Virus record (IMG/VR): IMGVR_UViG_3300043399_000528
Span: 1 to 33,986 of that record
DNA length: 33,986 nt
Source: a virus
Reading direction: 5' to 3' (one strand)
Shown here: one piece after another, positions 1 to 8,388 of the stretch
Layout of the letters: each line of letters begins with the position of its first letter
Position numbering within the stretch: position 1 is the stretch's first letter
Notes under the pieces: generated by a model
Database searches by the model: none
What the model was told of the DNA's origin: nothing
The model's input: only the letters and a program-made list of their open reading frames with translations
Translations under genes and position numbers: made by a program

Positions 1-127
1 CTCCGCTGGGACCGCGCCGAAATTCATTCGCACAATCGCCGGGATGAGCTGCTCGGTGATGATCGACGCCACCCACGAGGCCACCGACTGGATGACCTCC
101 ACGCGGATCCCCTCATGGACCTCGCCA
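1..127. repeat. Terminal direct repeat, identical to 33860..33986 (circular-assembly overlap)
   Basis: Base-by-base identity of 1-127 with 33860-33986. The portal reading frame is continuous through it. Confidence 0.95.
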
Positions 128-1092
128 AGGGCGCGCGAGCCGGTGCCGGTGTTGTCGGTCGTCAGGGTCTGGCCGAGGAGAAGGATGTCGCAAGCCCGGT
201 CAGCCACGTCCATCAGGTGCGACTGCGGCATCGAGTCGGCAGCGCCGGAAACCCCGTCGAGGATGTTGAGTTTCACGCCGGGGCCGGTCACAGCGGAGCC
301 GGTGCTGCCGACGTTCTCAAGCATCGCCTCGGCCGCATCCATCGCGCCCTCGCTGCCGTCGGTCTCGATGTGCCGCCACGGGACGCCGAAGAGCTGGGCA
401 AACTGCATGAGCCAGCCGAGCCCGTAGACCGACGCGAGCCAGTATTTCGTGAGTGTGCGGAGGTTGGCCGCGTGAATCGGGTGCATCCCTCCTTGGCTCC
501 AGACGGCGATCAAGAACCGATCCGGCGGGAAGTCCTCAAGCGGGCCGTTCGTGGTGCCAAGCGGCGCGACCATCAGGCGGTCGACCTCATTCCCTGAAGA
601 TGGATAAGCGAGGTATTTCGCCGGCACCGGAGCGAAGCAGCGCGGCGAGGCGATACCGTTCTGGACGTGCCAGACGATCTCAAGCACCGAGACCCCCTTG
701 GCATAAGCGTCGATCAGGGCGCGGACCATTCCCTCGACGTCGAGTTCCCAGAAGCCCGGGCGGGGGGCGTAGGACTCAAGCGCGCGCTCGACGGTCTCGT
801 AGATCCGCAGCGCCTGCGGGGTCGGCTCTTCAGCGTCCTCCCGGGTTGCCGGCTTGATCTCGATCTCCAGCCGGGAGACGGCGCCGGCTACCTCGTTGAG
901 CGCCTTCCGCAGCCGGGGCCACGTGTCGAGCATCAGCCGGAAAAGTCGGTCTTGGTCCTCAAGCTTCCCGGTGCGGACGTTCCGAAGGATCGTGCGGACC
1001 TGCTCGGGCGTGACGTTCGACAAGTCGAAGTCGTTCGTGCGGTATTGGGCGGGCACCGGCCAGACCACGCCTTTTTTCTCGTCGAGTGTCAT
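1..1092 (-). CDS. Portal protein, N-terminal part (Mu gp29 / DUF935-like); continues across the circular junction into 33329..33859
   Basis: The minus frame opens at ATG 1092 (hand-translated MTLDEKKGVVWPVPAQYRTNDFDL...). It has no stop before the window edge, so it is missing from the ORF track. It is in phase with ORF 33329..33961 (1092-102=990). The combined length is about 540 aa, and it sits directly downstream of TerL. Confidence 0.8.
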   Translation of the reverse strand, partial: MTLDEKKGVVWPVPAQYRTNDFDLSNVTPEQVRTILRNVRTGKLEDQDRLFRLMLDTWPRLRKALNEVAGAVSRLEIEIKPATREDAEEPTPQALRIYETVERALESYAPRPGFWELDVEGMVRALIDAYAKGVSVLEIVWHVQNGIASPRCFAPVPAKYLAYPSSGNEVDRLMVAPLGTTNGPLEDFPPDRFLIAVWSQGGMHPIHAANLRTLTKYWLASVYGLGWLMQFAQLFGVPWRHIETDGSEGAMDAAEAMLENVGSTGSAVTGPGVKLNILDGVSGAADSMPQSHLMDVADRACDILLLGQTLTTDNTGTGSRALGEVHEGIRVEVIQSVASWVASIITEQLIPAIVRMNFGAVPAE

Positions 1093-1141
1093 TCCTGCGC
1101 ATCCTTAGCAACATGGTAAGGATTTGACAAGCCCGAGGATT

Positions 1142-2482
1142 TCACAAGGCGTTGAACCCCTTCACCGCGCGCGTTGCCATCGGGTTTGACCGGGTGCGCA
1201 CGGCGGACCGCTCGGACATCAGGCCGGAGTGGTGTGCTCCAAGGGCGATGCACGCGAGCAGGGCGTCGGCCCGGTCGGGCGACTTCAACCCGGCCTTGCG
1301 CATCTTCTCCTTATCCTCGATCCTCAGCTTGCCGGTCGCGTTCCATTCGCTGCGGCGCGTCGTGATCTGCTCGAAGGCCATCGGATCGAGCTCGCCAAGG
1401 CTGATCTCGCCCCGGTGGATCGCCTGTGTGGCCGTGTGCCAGACCTCGCCGATCAGGTTGGCGTATTCATCGCTGTCCTTCGCGGCCTGCCCGCCGTGGA
1501 ACCGGTTGATGTGCCAGCCCTCCTCGGCCATCTGGCAGACGAAGCCGGTGCCGAGTCCGTCGGCGTCGCCGAAGATCTGGCCGGGCTTCAGCTTGTGTTC
1601 CTCGAAGAGCCGGATGAACTGGCGGGCGGCCTGCACGGTGTCCCGCTCCTGCCATGCTTTGATGATCCTCGCCTTGTTCCCCCGGCGGATCGCCAGCACG
1701 TTCTCGTCGCGGCCGGCGGCGAAGTCACAGAACGCGACAACCTCTCCGGACTCGTCGGGCTCGGGCTGCCGTTCGAGCGCGGCGGTGAGGCGGGCCGGTG
1801 AGAGGACCATCAGCTCGTCGTCGGCCGTGAACTCAGCCAGATGCTTGGACCGATACAACGGGTGATCCTCGCCGTATTTCGCCCGGTCGAGCTCGCGCCG
1901 CTCCTCGGGGATGTGCGGGCACTCGGTGCTCGGCACCTTGCGCGTCCAGTAGAGCGAGCGGGCCTTGTGGTGCGAGTCGTAAAACTGGCCGCGCGGTGCG
2001 CCCGGGGATGAAACCCAAAGCTGGAAGAGACGGGTGCATCGGTCGAAGGCCTCGAAGATCTGGTCCGACACCGTCTTCGCCTCGTCGACGATCAGGAACA
2101 GCGGGGCATCGTAGTCACCGTGCCAACCTTCAGCGCGGCCTGCGTCGTCGGTCGAGAAGCCGAGAGCGAAGCCACCCTCGGGAGTGCGCAGTTCGTCACT
2201 GAGGAACGTCCAGCGCGGGAATTTGTCCCGGTGCTTACGGATCGCCGGCCAGAGCTGGTTACTGAGCTGCCGGAAGGATCCCGACGTGAAGACCACCTTG
2301 CCCTTGGGGAACCGGTCGAGGAACCAGAGGATCAGTGGGGCGACGAGCCGGTCGGTCTTTCCGGATCCGTTGGCGGCCACCACGGATGAGAACTGCCCTA
2401 GGCCGACCGACTCCAGCGCCTCGATCTGCCAGACGTAGGGGATGATTCCAAGCTTTCGGACGCAGAACTCGGAGGGTGTCAT
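1142..2482 (-). CDS. terL: Terminase large subunit
   Basis: Walker A-like AANGSGKT and Walker B-like LFLIVDEA. The size is about 446 aa. The ATG at 2482 forms an ATGA overlap with the upstream stop at 2479. It is placed between TerS and the portal. Confidence 0.9.
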   Translation of the reverse strand: MTPSEFCVRKLGIIPYVWQIEALESVGLGQFSSVVAANGSGKTDRLVAPLILWFLDRFPKGKVVFTSGSFRQLSNQLWPAIRKHRDKFPRWTFLSDELRTPEGGFALGFSTDDAGRAEGWHGDYDAPLFLIVDEAKTVSDQIFEAFDRCTRLFQLWVSSPGAPRGQFYDSHHKARSLYWTRKVPSTECPHIPEERRELDRAKYGEDHPLYRSKHLAEFTADDELMVLSPARLTAALERQPEPDESGEVVAFCDFAAGRDENVLAIRRGNKARIIKAWQERDTVQAARQFIRLFEEHKLKPGQIFGDADGLGTGFVCQMAEEGWHINRFHGGQAAKDSDEYANLIGEVWHTATQAIHRGEISLGELDPMAFEQITTRRSEWNATGKLRIEDKEKMRKAGLKSPDRADALLACIALGAHHSGLMSERSAVRTRSNPMATRAVKGFNAL

Positions 2483-2865
2483 GGCTGCGATAGGATCCAA
2501 GCGAGGTCGCGGACGCTGCGCACCTTCCGCTTCTTGCCGTTGATTTCCACCTCGCCGGCCTTCGCCCCCATATCATTCTCCCAACAGAACCAATCGAGCC
2601 AGCCGTCACGGTCGCCGAGCAGTTCCGCCAGCGAGTCGGTGTAGGCGTCGAAGGTATTCCAGACGGCGCGATGGAGCGGCGAGTCGAACTGCTGCCCGAT
2701 AGCTCCCTCAAGCGAGGCCCACGCCGCTCGGGCGTGGAGGTAGGTCTCTGCCCACTTGTGGAGGTGCGCTGTGATTTCGCGGCGGGTCGGTGTCATGAGT
2801 CGCTGTGCGATCAGGAAGCCGTTGAAGTCGCTTCCTCGGTGCGGGTTTGGAGGAGGAGGCGTCAT
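2479..2865 (-). CDS. Hypothetical protein between TerS and TerL
   Basis: 128-aa ORF with ATGA overlaps at both ends (2862-2865 and 2479-2482). No recognisable motif. Confidence 0.6.
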   Translation of the reverse strand: MTPPPPNPHRGSDFNGFLIAQRLMTPTRREITAHLHKWAETYLHARAAWASLEGAIGQQFDSPLHRAVWNTFDAYTDSLAELLGDRDGWLDWFCWENDMGAKAGEVEINGKKRKVRSVRDLAWILSQP

Positions 2866-3419
2866 GGCCTACGCACCCGGTCTTGCGCGTCGGCGATCAG
2901 GCGGGACAACGCGGCTTCTTGGTCGGGATTGAGAGAGACTGCGACCGTGGCCACTGGCCCGCCATCGGCTCCCGTGATCTCCTGCGCGATGCGGTCGCCG
3001 TATCGCTTCGGGTCCCACTTCGCCAGCAGCTTGAGACGCGTCTCGACCTGAAGCTTGCGGTGCCCCAGCATGTCCTTGCGCCGGATCTTCCGCTCGGCGG
3101 GTGTCTCGTCGCCCTCGCCATCGGCCTGCACGGTCTCCTCGACCTCGATCCCCTCAAGCGGAGTGTCGGCGATCCTCAGCGCGTCGAGTGCAATCTGGTC
3201 GAATCCGGCGTCCCTCGCGCGCGCGATTGCGGCGGAAAACTCGGGGTCTTGCTCCATCCAATCCGAAACGGTTCGAGTCGCTGGCATCGCAGCAGGCGAG
3301 CAAATCACAGACAGCGGGGTGCCTGAGCTCAGTCCGGCGAGGATCTTCGCGATGACTGACGGCGTCCGTTTGCTCGGGCGTCCGCGTGGCTGCTTCTTTG
3401 CTGGCTTCTTCTTGGCCAT
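2862..3419 (-). CDS. terS: Terminase small subunit
   Basis: MAKKKPAKKQPRGRPSKRTPSVIAKILAGLSSGTPLSVIC...TVSDWMEQDPEFSAAIARARDAG has a basic N-terminus plus HTH, as in small terminases. ATG 3419 is preferred over the ORF-track start 3503, which would overlap the upstream gene. Confidence 0.8.
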   Translation of the reverse strand: MAKKKPAKKQPRGRPSKRTPSVIAKILAGLSSGTPLSVICSPAAMPATRTVSDWMEQDPEFSAAIARARDAGFDQIALDALRIADTPLEGIEVEETVQADGEGDETPAERKIRRKDMLGHRKLQVETRLKLLAKWDPKRYGDRIAQEITGADGGPVATVAVSLNPDQEAALSRLIADAQDRVRRP

Positions 3420-3423
3420 GGGA

Positions 3424-4311
3424 TCATAGGTTGCGGGCCTGCTTGAGCGCGTCAAGCGTGATCCGCCCGCGTGAGTCCAGCGCCTGCGGCCCGAAGCGCG
3501 CAATCACGGCGTTGATGGCCTCGCGGCGCAGGTCGGGCGGGAGGTCATCCACGGACGCGTCTACGCCGGCGTTGAGTTGCTTGGCGGGCGTGATCCCGAA
3601 GCGGGTAAGGTCAGGCGGCACGAGCACCTCGCCGGGGCGGACGAGCCCGAGCCGCTCGGCTTCCTTCCGACTGACCGGCTCTTGCCGCATGTAGCTGTTG
3701 AAGCCGAACGGCCCCCACGGCACCTCGAAGCCCCCGATGTCGGCGGCGTTCTGGAACAGCCAGAAGGCGAAGTCGTCGTATCGGCGGACCTGCCCCTCGG
3801 CCTCCACGTGTCGCTGGCGCTTGGTGATCGCACCCGGGCGGCGGACGAACCGGGCGGCAGGCCAGCGGTTGAGCGTGCGCGGGTTGGTCACCCGCATCTG
3901 CCAGTCGGCGAACGTCTGAGCCTGCTCGGTGTTCGTGCTGAAGATCAGCTGGAGGCGAGCGTTGCCGATGACGTTCGTGATCCGGTTGTCGGGGAAGTCG
4001 CTCGGCTCGGCGAGGCCTTCGGAGATGAGCAGCGTGCCGGCACGTTCGCGGAACTGAGCAAGCCCTCCCTCCTTGTAGACGGTTTCCTCCGCGCCCGTGA
4101 CCGGGTTGACGACGGTCTCGGTGGTCCCGGCTTGCCAGTCGAGCAGCATGTTGCGCATCCGGGTGAGGACGCGGGCGCTGGTGATCGTCGCCGAGAAGAA
4201 CGAGCGCTGCCGGATCGCCGGCCCGACGGCCTGCCAGTCGGCGCTCTTGAACGGCCCGGGCGCGGCCTTTCGGCGGAGCAGGGCGCGGAGCGCTTCGAGG
4301 TAGGCGGTCAT
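3424..4311 (-). CDS. Minor head / head-morphogenesis protein (Mu F / SPP1 gp7-like), first gene of the late operon
   Basis: 295 aa. ARLQLIFSTNTEQAQTFADWQ and WPAARFVRRPGAITKRQRHVEAEGQVRRYDDFAFW resemble the Mu-F family core. The typical C-terminal NCRC motif is absent. Assignment is from memory of the family. Confidence 0.5.
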   Translation of the reverse strand: MTAYLEALRALLRRKAAPGPFKSADWQAVGPAIRQRSFFSATITSARVLTRMRNMLLDWQAGTTETVVNPVTGAEETVYKEGGLAQFRERAGTLLISEGLAEPSDFPDNRITNVIGNARLQLIFSTNTEQAQTFADWQMRVTNPRTLNRWPAARFVRRPGAITKRQRHVEAEGQVRRYDDFAFWLFQNAADIGGFEVPWGPFGFNSYMRQEPVSRKEAERLGLVRPGEVLVPPDLTRFGITPAKQLNAGVDASVDDLPPDLRREAINAVIARFGPQALDSRGRITLDALKQARNL

Positions 4312-4469
4312 GGATTGGTGGCGGGGTGTCGGATCCCCAGTTGTCGAGCCCGTCCGACGGCGAGCGCTATGAACTCCGCAGGGAGCACCTTGGGCGACAC
4401 TGTGGGATGGCCGTGGTTCCGTCGGTGAGCGAGGGGAGAGTGGCAGGGATTCGGGCTGGGATCAAGGGC

Positions 4470-4492
4470 GTAACGCGGTTACAGCCGGTAAC
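4470..4492. repeat. GTAAC-N3-GTTAC inverted repeat plus a third GTAAC
   Basis: cGTAACgcgGTTACagccgGTAACaa read directly from the sequence. Confidence 0.7.
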
Positions 4493-4528
4493 AATTCCCA
4501 GTTGGAGGCTAACCCGTTGAAAATGCGG

Positions 4529-4645
4529 GGATTAGCCCCTACTACAACAACAACAACAAATAAATACATTTATTATTATTACCCTCCTCTATAGGGGGTC
4601 TCTCTCCTCTAGTATGCATGTATTTATTAGGGGGTGCATTGCGCA
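4529..4645. other. AT-rich non-coding island (candidate origin/DUE, pac/cos or late-promoter hub)
   Basis: 4541-4630 is about 32% G+C by my count in an otherwise GC-rich genome. It contains (CAA)5 at 4545-4559, (TTA)4 at 4570-4581, and an 11-bp inverted repeat AATAAATACAT 4559-4569 / ATGTATTTATT 4618-4628. There is also a direct repeat CTCCTCTA at 4584-4591 and 4604-4611. Confidence 0.6.
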
Positions 4646-4652
4646 AGTTGCC

Positions 4653-4700
4653 GTTACCTCGTAACCCTTTGATTTTCAGCGGAATTTTCGTAACCCTTAC
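4653..4700. repeat. GTTAC-N3-GTAAC inverted repeat and 9-bp direct repeat GTAACCCTT (4661-4669, 4690-4698)
   Basis: gccGTTACctcGTAACCCTTtgattttcagcggaattttcGTAACCCTTac read directly from the sequence. Confidence 0.7.
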
Positions 4701-4734
4701 AACAAATCAGCCCGCCTCCGGTCAGGAAGCGGGC
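4699..4734 (-). terminator. Intrinsic terminator after the DnaA-IV-like gene
   Basis: Minus strand reads GCCCGCTTCC-TGAC-CGGAGGCGGGC followed by TGATTTGTTGT. It lies 20 nt downstream of the stop at 4754. Confidence 0.6.
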
Positions 4735-4753
4735 CTTCGGGTCGGGGCGGATC

Positions 4754-5002
4754 TCAGTCCGGCGACGTCAACTTCAGAGCGTTTCGGATCGTCCGCACGT
4801 CCCGAGAAAACGCCTCGGCGAGCGTGTGCGGGCCGAGGCCTTGTTCGGCTGCCAGTCGGATCGCGACGTCCCTCGCGGCGGTCTGGGCCGGGGTGGATCC
4901 GTAGCGGGTCGGGTTGTGGGCCTGCGACGGCAGGACGTCGAACTCGCGGGCCGCCTGACGGACGGCGTCGCGGACGATGAGGGCGATTTGGGCGCGGGTC
5001 AT
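4754..5002 (-). CDS. DnaA domain IV-like helix-turn-helix protein (82 aa)
   Basis: IALIVRDAVRQAAREFDVLPSQ...TPAQTAARDVAIRLAAEQGLGPHTLAEAFSRDVRTIRNALK follows the DnaA C-terminal DNA-binding pattern (I..V...F.V....L......AR..A..L......L..I...F.RDH.TV..A). ATG 5002 lies 4 nt after the upstream stop. Confidence 0.55.
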   Translation of the reverse strand: MTRAQIALIVRDAVRQAAREFDVLPSQAHNPTRYGSTPAQTAARDVAIRLAAEQGLGPHTLAEAFSRDVRTIRNALKLTSPD

Positions 5003-5006
5003 GGGG

Positions 5007-5222
5007 TCAAAACTGGTAGCGCAGGGCGAGCTTCTGGTTGCGGCCTCGGGCCAGCTTGAGGACGCGGATCGCGGCGGACCTGCGGGCCTGAACGGGGATC
5101 CGCTCATCGTCCATCGCGGCCAGCTCGATGCAGCCGGCGAGGTGGTCGCGGCACGGTTGGCAGATCATCGTCTGCCGTTCTTTGCGGCCGCCACAGGGGC
5201 AGCTGGTGTCTTCGTAACTCAT
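5007..5222 (-). CDS. Small Cys-rich (zinc-ribbon-like) protein, 71 aa
   Basis: MSYEDTSCPCGGRKERQTMICQPCRDHL has CxC...CxxC. ATGA overlap with the upstream mini-ORF at 5219-5222. Confidence 0.55.
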   Translation of the reverse strand: MSYEDTSCPCGGRKERQTMICQPCRDHLAGCIELAAMDDERIPVQARRSAAIRVLKLARGRNQKLALRYQF

Positions 5223-5389
5223 GGTTTGGAAGGTGTCAGTTCTTCGGCTTGCGGATGCGGGGCGTCCTTGGTGATGAGGTGGCCGTAGGTGGCTTCGTAG
5301 CGGGCAGCGGTCTGCTCGCAAATCAGGCCGCCGGCGGCCTTCTCGACAAGTCTGCAGCCGCATTCGCAGTTGGTGTCTGGGGTGCTCAT
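5219..5389 (-). CDS. Small Cys-rich protein, 56 aa (below the ORF-track cutoff)
   Basis: Hand translation gives MSTPDTNCECGCRLVEKAAGGLICEQTAARYEATYGHLITKDAPHPQAEELTPSKP. It has a CCAACC-type leader (cctttcccaaccATG) and an ATGA overlap with the next gene. Confidence 0.45.
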   Translation of the reverse strand: MSTPDTNCECGCRLVEKAAGGLICEQTAARYEATYGHLITKDAPHPQAEELTPSKP

Positions 5390-5437
5390 GGTTGGGAAAG
5401 GATGGCCGGCGGGGATGGAACCCGCCGGAAGGCTTGG

Positions 5438-5677
5438 TTATGAGGTCATCGAGGCAAGCAGGGCGTCATACTGGCCCTTGCCAAGCACCGCGTCGAATGC
5501 GGTGGCGGCATCCACACCGGCTTCAAATAGGCCACGGAAGGCGAGGCCGATGATGAACTGCTTGAAGTCGTCGGTGGTCTTGAAGTGCTCAGCGAGGTTG
5601 AGGCCGGTTTCGTTGGCGTGCTCGATGAAGAGCGCTTGAATCTTGTTGAGGGTGTCGAGGTGGTTGGTGTTGGCCAT
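5438..5677 (-). CDS. Hypothetical protein, 79 aa (first gene after promoter module P1)
   Basis: Clean ORF. Its ATG lies only about 10 nt downstream of a TAGGTA element, so the transcript may be near-leaderless. Confidence 0.6.
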   Translation of the reverse strand: MANTNHLDTLNKIQALFIEHANETGLNLAEHFKTTDDFKQFIIGLAFRGLFEAGVDAATAFDAVLGKGQYDALLASMTS

Positions 5678-5687
5678 GCGCGAAGAC

Positions 5688-5722
5688 TACCTAGCCGTTG
5701 CACTTCCGCAACAATATTCTCG
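5688..5722 (-). promoter_or_regulatory. Promoter/operator module P1
   Basis: Minus strand reads attGTTGCGGAAGTGCAACggcTAGGTAgtcttcgcgcATG. It shares the GTTGC..GCAAC dyad and the cggcTAGGNN element with P2-P4. Confidence 0.35.
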
Positions 5723-5730
5723 GATTATTT

Positions 5731-8388
5731 TCAGACCGGCACCGACACCGCCCGCTGCCGGACGTTCAGCCCGAAGTTCATCACCTCGTGCTTGTGGTGG
5801 CCCTCGACCCGCTCCAGCTGCTGCCGCCACTTCGCGCCCGCCCATGCAGTGTCGGCGAAGATCCGCTCGAGCGCCGGGTGGCGGTTGGCGATCGTCGCGC
5901 GGCCGTCCTTCACGAGGATCCCATGGCGCTTGAGGGCGTCCCGGGTCTCCTCGCGCTCCCGCAGGGCGGCGTCGCTGATGGCGATCGTCGTCTCGTTGGC
6001 GACGTGGACGGCTTCCGCGATTGATCGGGTGACACCTCGGTCGTGGACTTCGTAGCGGATCGATGCGGCGAACAAGTGGGACAGGCATTGATTTTCGTCG
6101 TTGTCGACCTCCTCGGACTTGAAGCCCGACCAGTCCTGATTGCCCATCCATTCCCGCGCGAAATCCTTCGTTACCTCGTTGGTGGATGTCAGAGAGAACG
6201 CACCGGCGAGCAGGGTGCCGACCTGATCGGCGCTGCGCTTGTCGCCGGTGAACTCGACGGCCACGGCGCTGAAAGTCTCGCAGTTGGCCCGCAGCGTCTT
6301 GGCGTGCTTCAGCGAGCGCGACCGGATCCGCTCCGAGAAGCCGTCCTGTCCGACTGTGCCGAGCCACGCGGCCTTGATACGCTCGAACTGGTCCTGCGCG
6401 CCGTTGCCGAGATTCTTCCTCAGCTGGAGGACCGTGACGCGTGAGACATCAGGTTTCTTGACCGCCGCCACGCCAATCGAGGCGAACAGGAAGCAGGAGC
6501 GCACCATGTAGTCGATGGACTTCCCGTCGCCGCTGCCCTTCGTGATGCGCGCCTTGCTTTCGCTGGACGCCTGCCGGGCGAGCTCGAGCACTCCGTCGAG
6601 CCGCTGCTGGCCCCGCTTGTCCTCGGACTCTGCCTCGTCGAAGACAATCGGCAGGGCGTCGCTGCCGATCTTCTGGCGGATTCCGGCCTCGGACGTGTTG
6701 CCCTGCACGTGGACGGCAGAGTCACCGACCAGAGGAGAGATGATGTTGGCGACGCTCCAGCTCTTGCCCGAGCCCGACGGCCCGGTTAGCCAAAGGTGGG
6801 GACGCCAGAGCAGCGCGCCGCAAATCGGGGCGATGGCCAGCCAGCCGGCTAGGAGTTTGCCGTAGAGCGGTCGCTCCCAGCTCAGCATTTCGCAGAGCTC
6901 GATCAGCCGGGACGCATCCCGGTTGCTGGCGACCGTGCCCGAGTCGACCGGGATCTCCAGCGCGCCCTCGTAGATCGCGCGAACGGCTGACTTGTAGGCG
7001 GGGATCTCCGAGGTCGTGCCGTTGACCATGAGTCGGTCGCCGGCGTGGAAGACCACATCGTCGCCGTCGATCCAGCATCCCCGGCCCCGGATCCGCTGCG
7101 GGTTGAATTTCGGCAGCGCCTGCGACCGTTGAATCAGCGCGTTGACGGCTTGGTCCCAGCCCTTGCCGGTAAGGTCGTCGTTGTCGCCGAACTGGCGCTC
7201 CCACGCGTTGAGCATGGCCAGCCGCATCAGGTTGTTCTTGGTGTGGCCGCTGGCGGTCAGGCTGACCACCTGCTGTCCCCGGTCGGGCATGTAAAAGAAC
7301 GAGTCGCCGTCGACTCCCAGCAGGCGGAACGGCATCTCGCCGATGCGGTCGTCGTGGAATTTTGCCGGGGTGACGGGCGGCGCGGGCGTCGGCGGCGCTT
7401 CGTCCCTCCACGGCTCGACCTCGTGCTCGGGCGGCTGGTCGTAGATCTCGGGCGCGGGTTTCGGCTTCAGCGCCTCGACCAGCCGCGCGCGGTCCCACCC
7501 CTCGGCCACTGCGTCCGCTAAATCCCAGCCGTCAGGCTCGCCTGCCGGCGGGGTGACGACGCGCACCTTGTCGGCGATCTGCGCGAGCGCCTTGGCAATG
7601 GAGTGCGCCGCCTCGAAGCCCGGTTCATCGCGGTCGGGCCAGATGACGATCTTGCGACCCTTGAGCGGCGACCAGTCGGTGAACTTAACGGCCTTGCCTC
7701 CGCCCGGCCATGTCACCACTACGCCCGGCGAAATGGTCCGCGCGGCGTCGGCGGCCTTCTCTCCCTCGACGATCAGGACGCCGGCGGCGGGATTCGCGGC
7801 GAGTAAGTCGAGCCCGTAGAGCGGGCGGGGTTTCGCGAATGAGAGCCAGCGCCAATCTTTTCGGCCGTCGGTGTGTTTCGCCCATGTCAGCGGGATGACG
7901 TCCTTGCCACCGTCGGGCAGGTCGAAACGGCAGACGGCCCCGAACAGAAACCCGTCGGCGGCACGATAGGGGTAAACGGCGGAGGGTGAGCCGAGTCGGT
8001 GGTGGTGGATGCGAAGGGGGAGAGCGGTGCGCTTCAGTTCTGAATCAGGCGTCCACTCGGGCGCGGCTGCGGGTTTCGGTGCCGCTGTCACACCGGGCGA
8101 CTCAATGCCGGTGCGGAACCGTTCGCCGATCTCGGTGGCGGCCTCCTTCATCGAGCAGGACCGGATCGCTGCGAGCAGGGAAATCGGGTCGGATCCGCCG
8201 GCGTCGCTCGAGAAATCCTTCCAGACGCCGGTGCGGGTGTTCACGGAAAGTGAACGGCCGGGCTCGCCGGACAGGCTGCCGATTTTGAACTCGTGGCCTT
8301 CTCGGTGGCCGGCGGGGAACCACTCGTAGAGCAGGGATTCGAGGCCAGCCAGCGCGGCGGCGTTGATTGATGCGAAGTCGATTTTCAT
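5731..8388 (-). CDS. Bifunctional DNA primase / helicase (Toprim primase plus P-loop NTPase; P4-alpha / D5-like)
   Basis: Toprim-like LIVEGEKAADAA...VVTWPGGGKAV...IVIWPDRDEPG. P-loop LTGPSGSGKS with PIVFDEAE. ATG 8388 (MKIDFASINAA...) carries a caccaaccATG leader. The ORF-track extension to 8502 is not credible. Confidence 0.85.
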   Translation of the reverse strand: MKIDFASINAAALAGLESLLYEWFPAGHREGHEFKIGSLSGEPGRSLSVNTRTGVWKDFSSDAGGSDPISLLAAIRSCSMKEAATEIGERFRTGIESPGVTAAPKPAAAPEWTPDSELKRTALPLRIHHHRLGSPSAVYPYRAADGFLFGAVCRFDLPDGGKDVIPLTWAKHTDGRKDWRWLSFAKPRPLYGLDLLAANPAAGVLIVEGEKAADAARTISPGVVVTWPGGGKAVKFTDWSPLKGRKIVIWPDRDEPGFEAAHSIAKALAQIADKVRVVTPPAGEPDGWDLADAVAEGWDRARLVEALKPKPAPEIYDQPPEHEVEPWRDEAPPTPAPPVTPAKFHDDRIGEMPFRLLGVDGDSFFYMPDRGQQVVSLTASGHTKNNLMRLAMLNAWERQFGDNDDLTGKGWDQAVNALIQRSQALPKFNPQRIRGRGCWIDGDDVVFHAGDRLMVNGTTSEIPAYKSAVRAIYEGALEIPVDSGTVASNRDASRLIELCEMLSWERPLYGKLLAGWLAIAPICGALLWRPHLWLTGPSGSGKSWSVANIISPLVGDSAVHVQGNTSEAGIRQKIGSDALPIVFDEAESEDKRGQQRLDGVLELARQASSESKARITKGSGDGKSIDYMVRSCFLFASIGVAAVKKPDVSRVTVLQLRKNLGNGAQDQFERIKAAWLGTVGQDGFSERIRSRSLKHAKTLRANCETFSAVAVEFTGDKRSADQVGTLLAGAFSLTSTNEVTKDFAREWMGNQDWSGFKSEEVDNDENQCLSHLFAASIRYEVHDRGVTRSIAEAVHVANETTIAISDAALREREETRDALKRHGILVKDGRATIANRHPALERIFADTAWAGAKWRQQLERVEGHHKHEVMNFGLNVRQRAVSVPV

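Noticed and set aside
4464-4580. 38-codon minus-strand mini-ORF (MYLFVVVVVVGANPRIF...) in the AT-rich island, preceded by GGAGG, and its mirror-image plus-strand ORF 4618..4980
   Set aside because: Both ATGs are by-products of the 11-bp inverted repeat. The Val run is simply the (CAA)n microsatellite. The SD-like GGAGG is 13 nt away, and the genome otherwise lacks SD sites. The plus-strand ORF runs antisense into the DnaA-IV-like gene.
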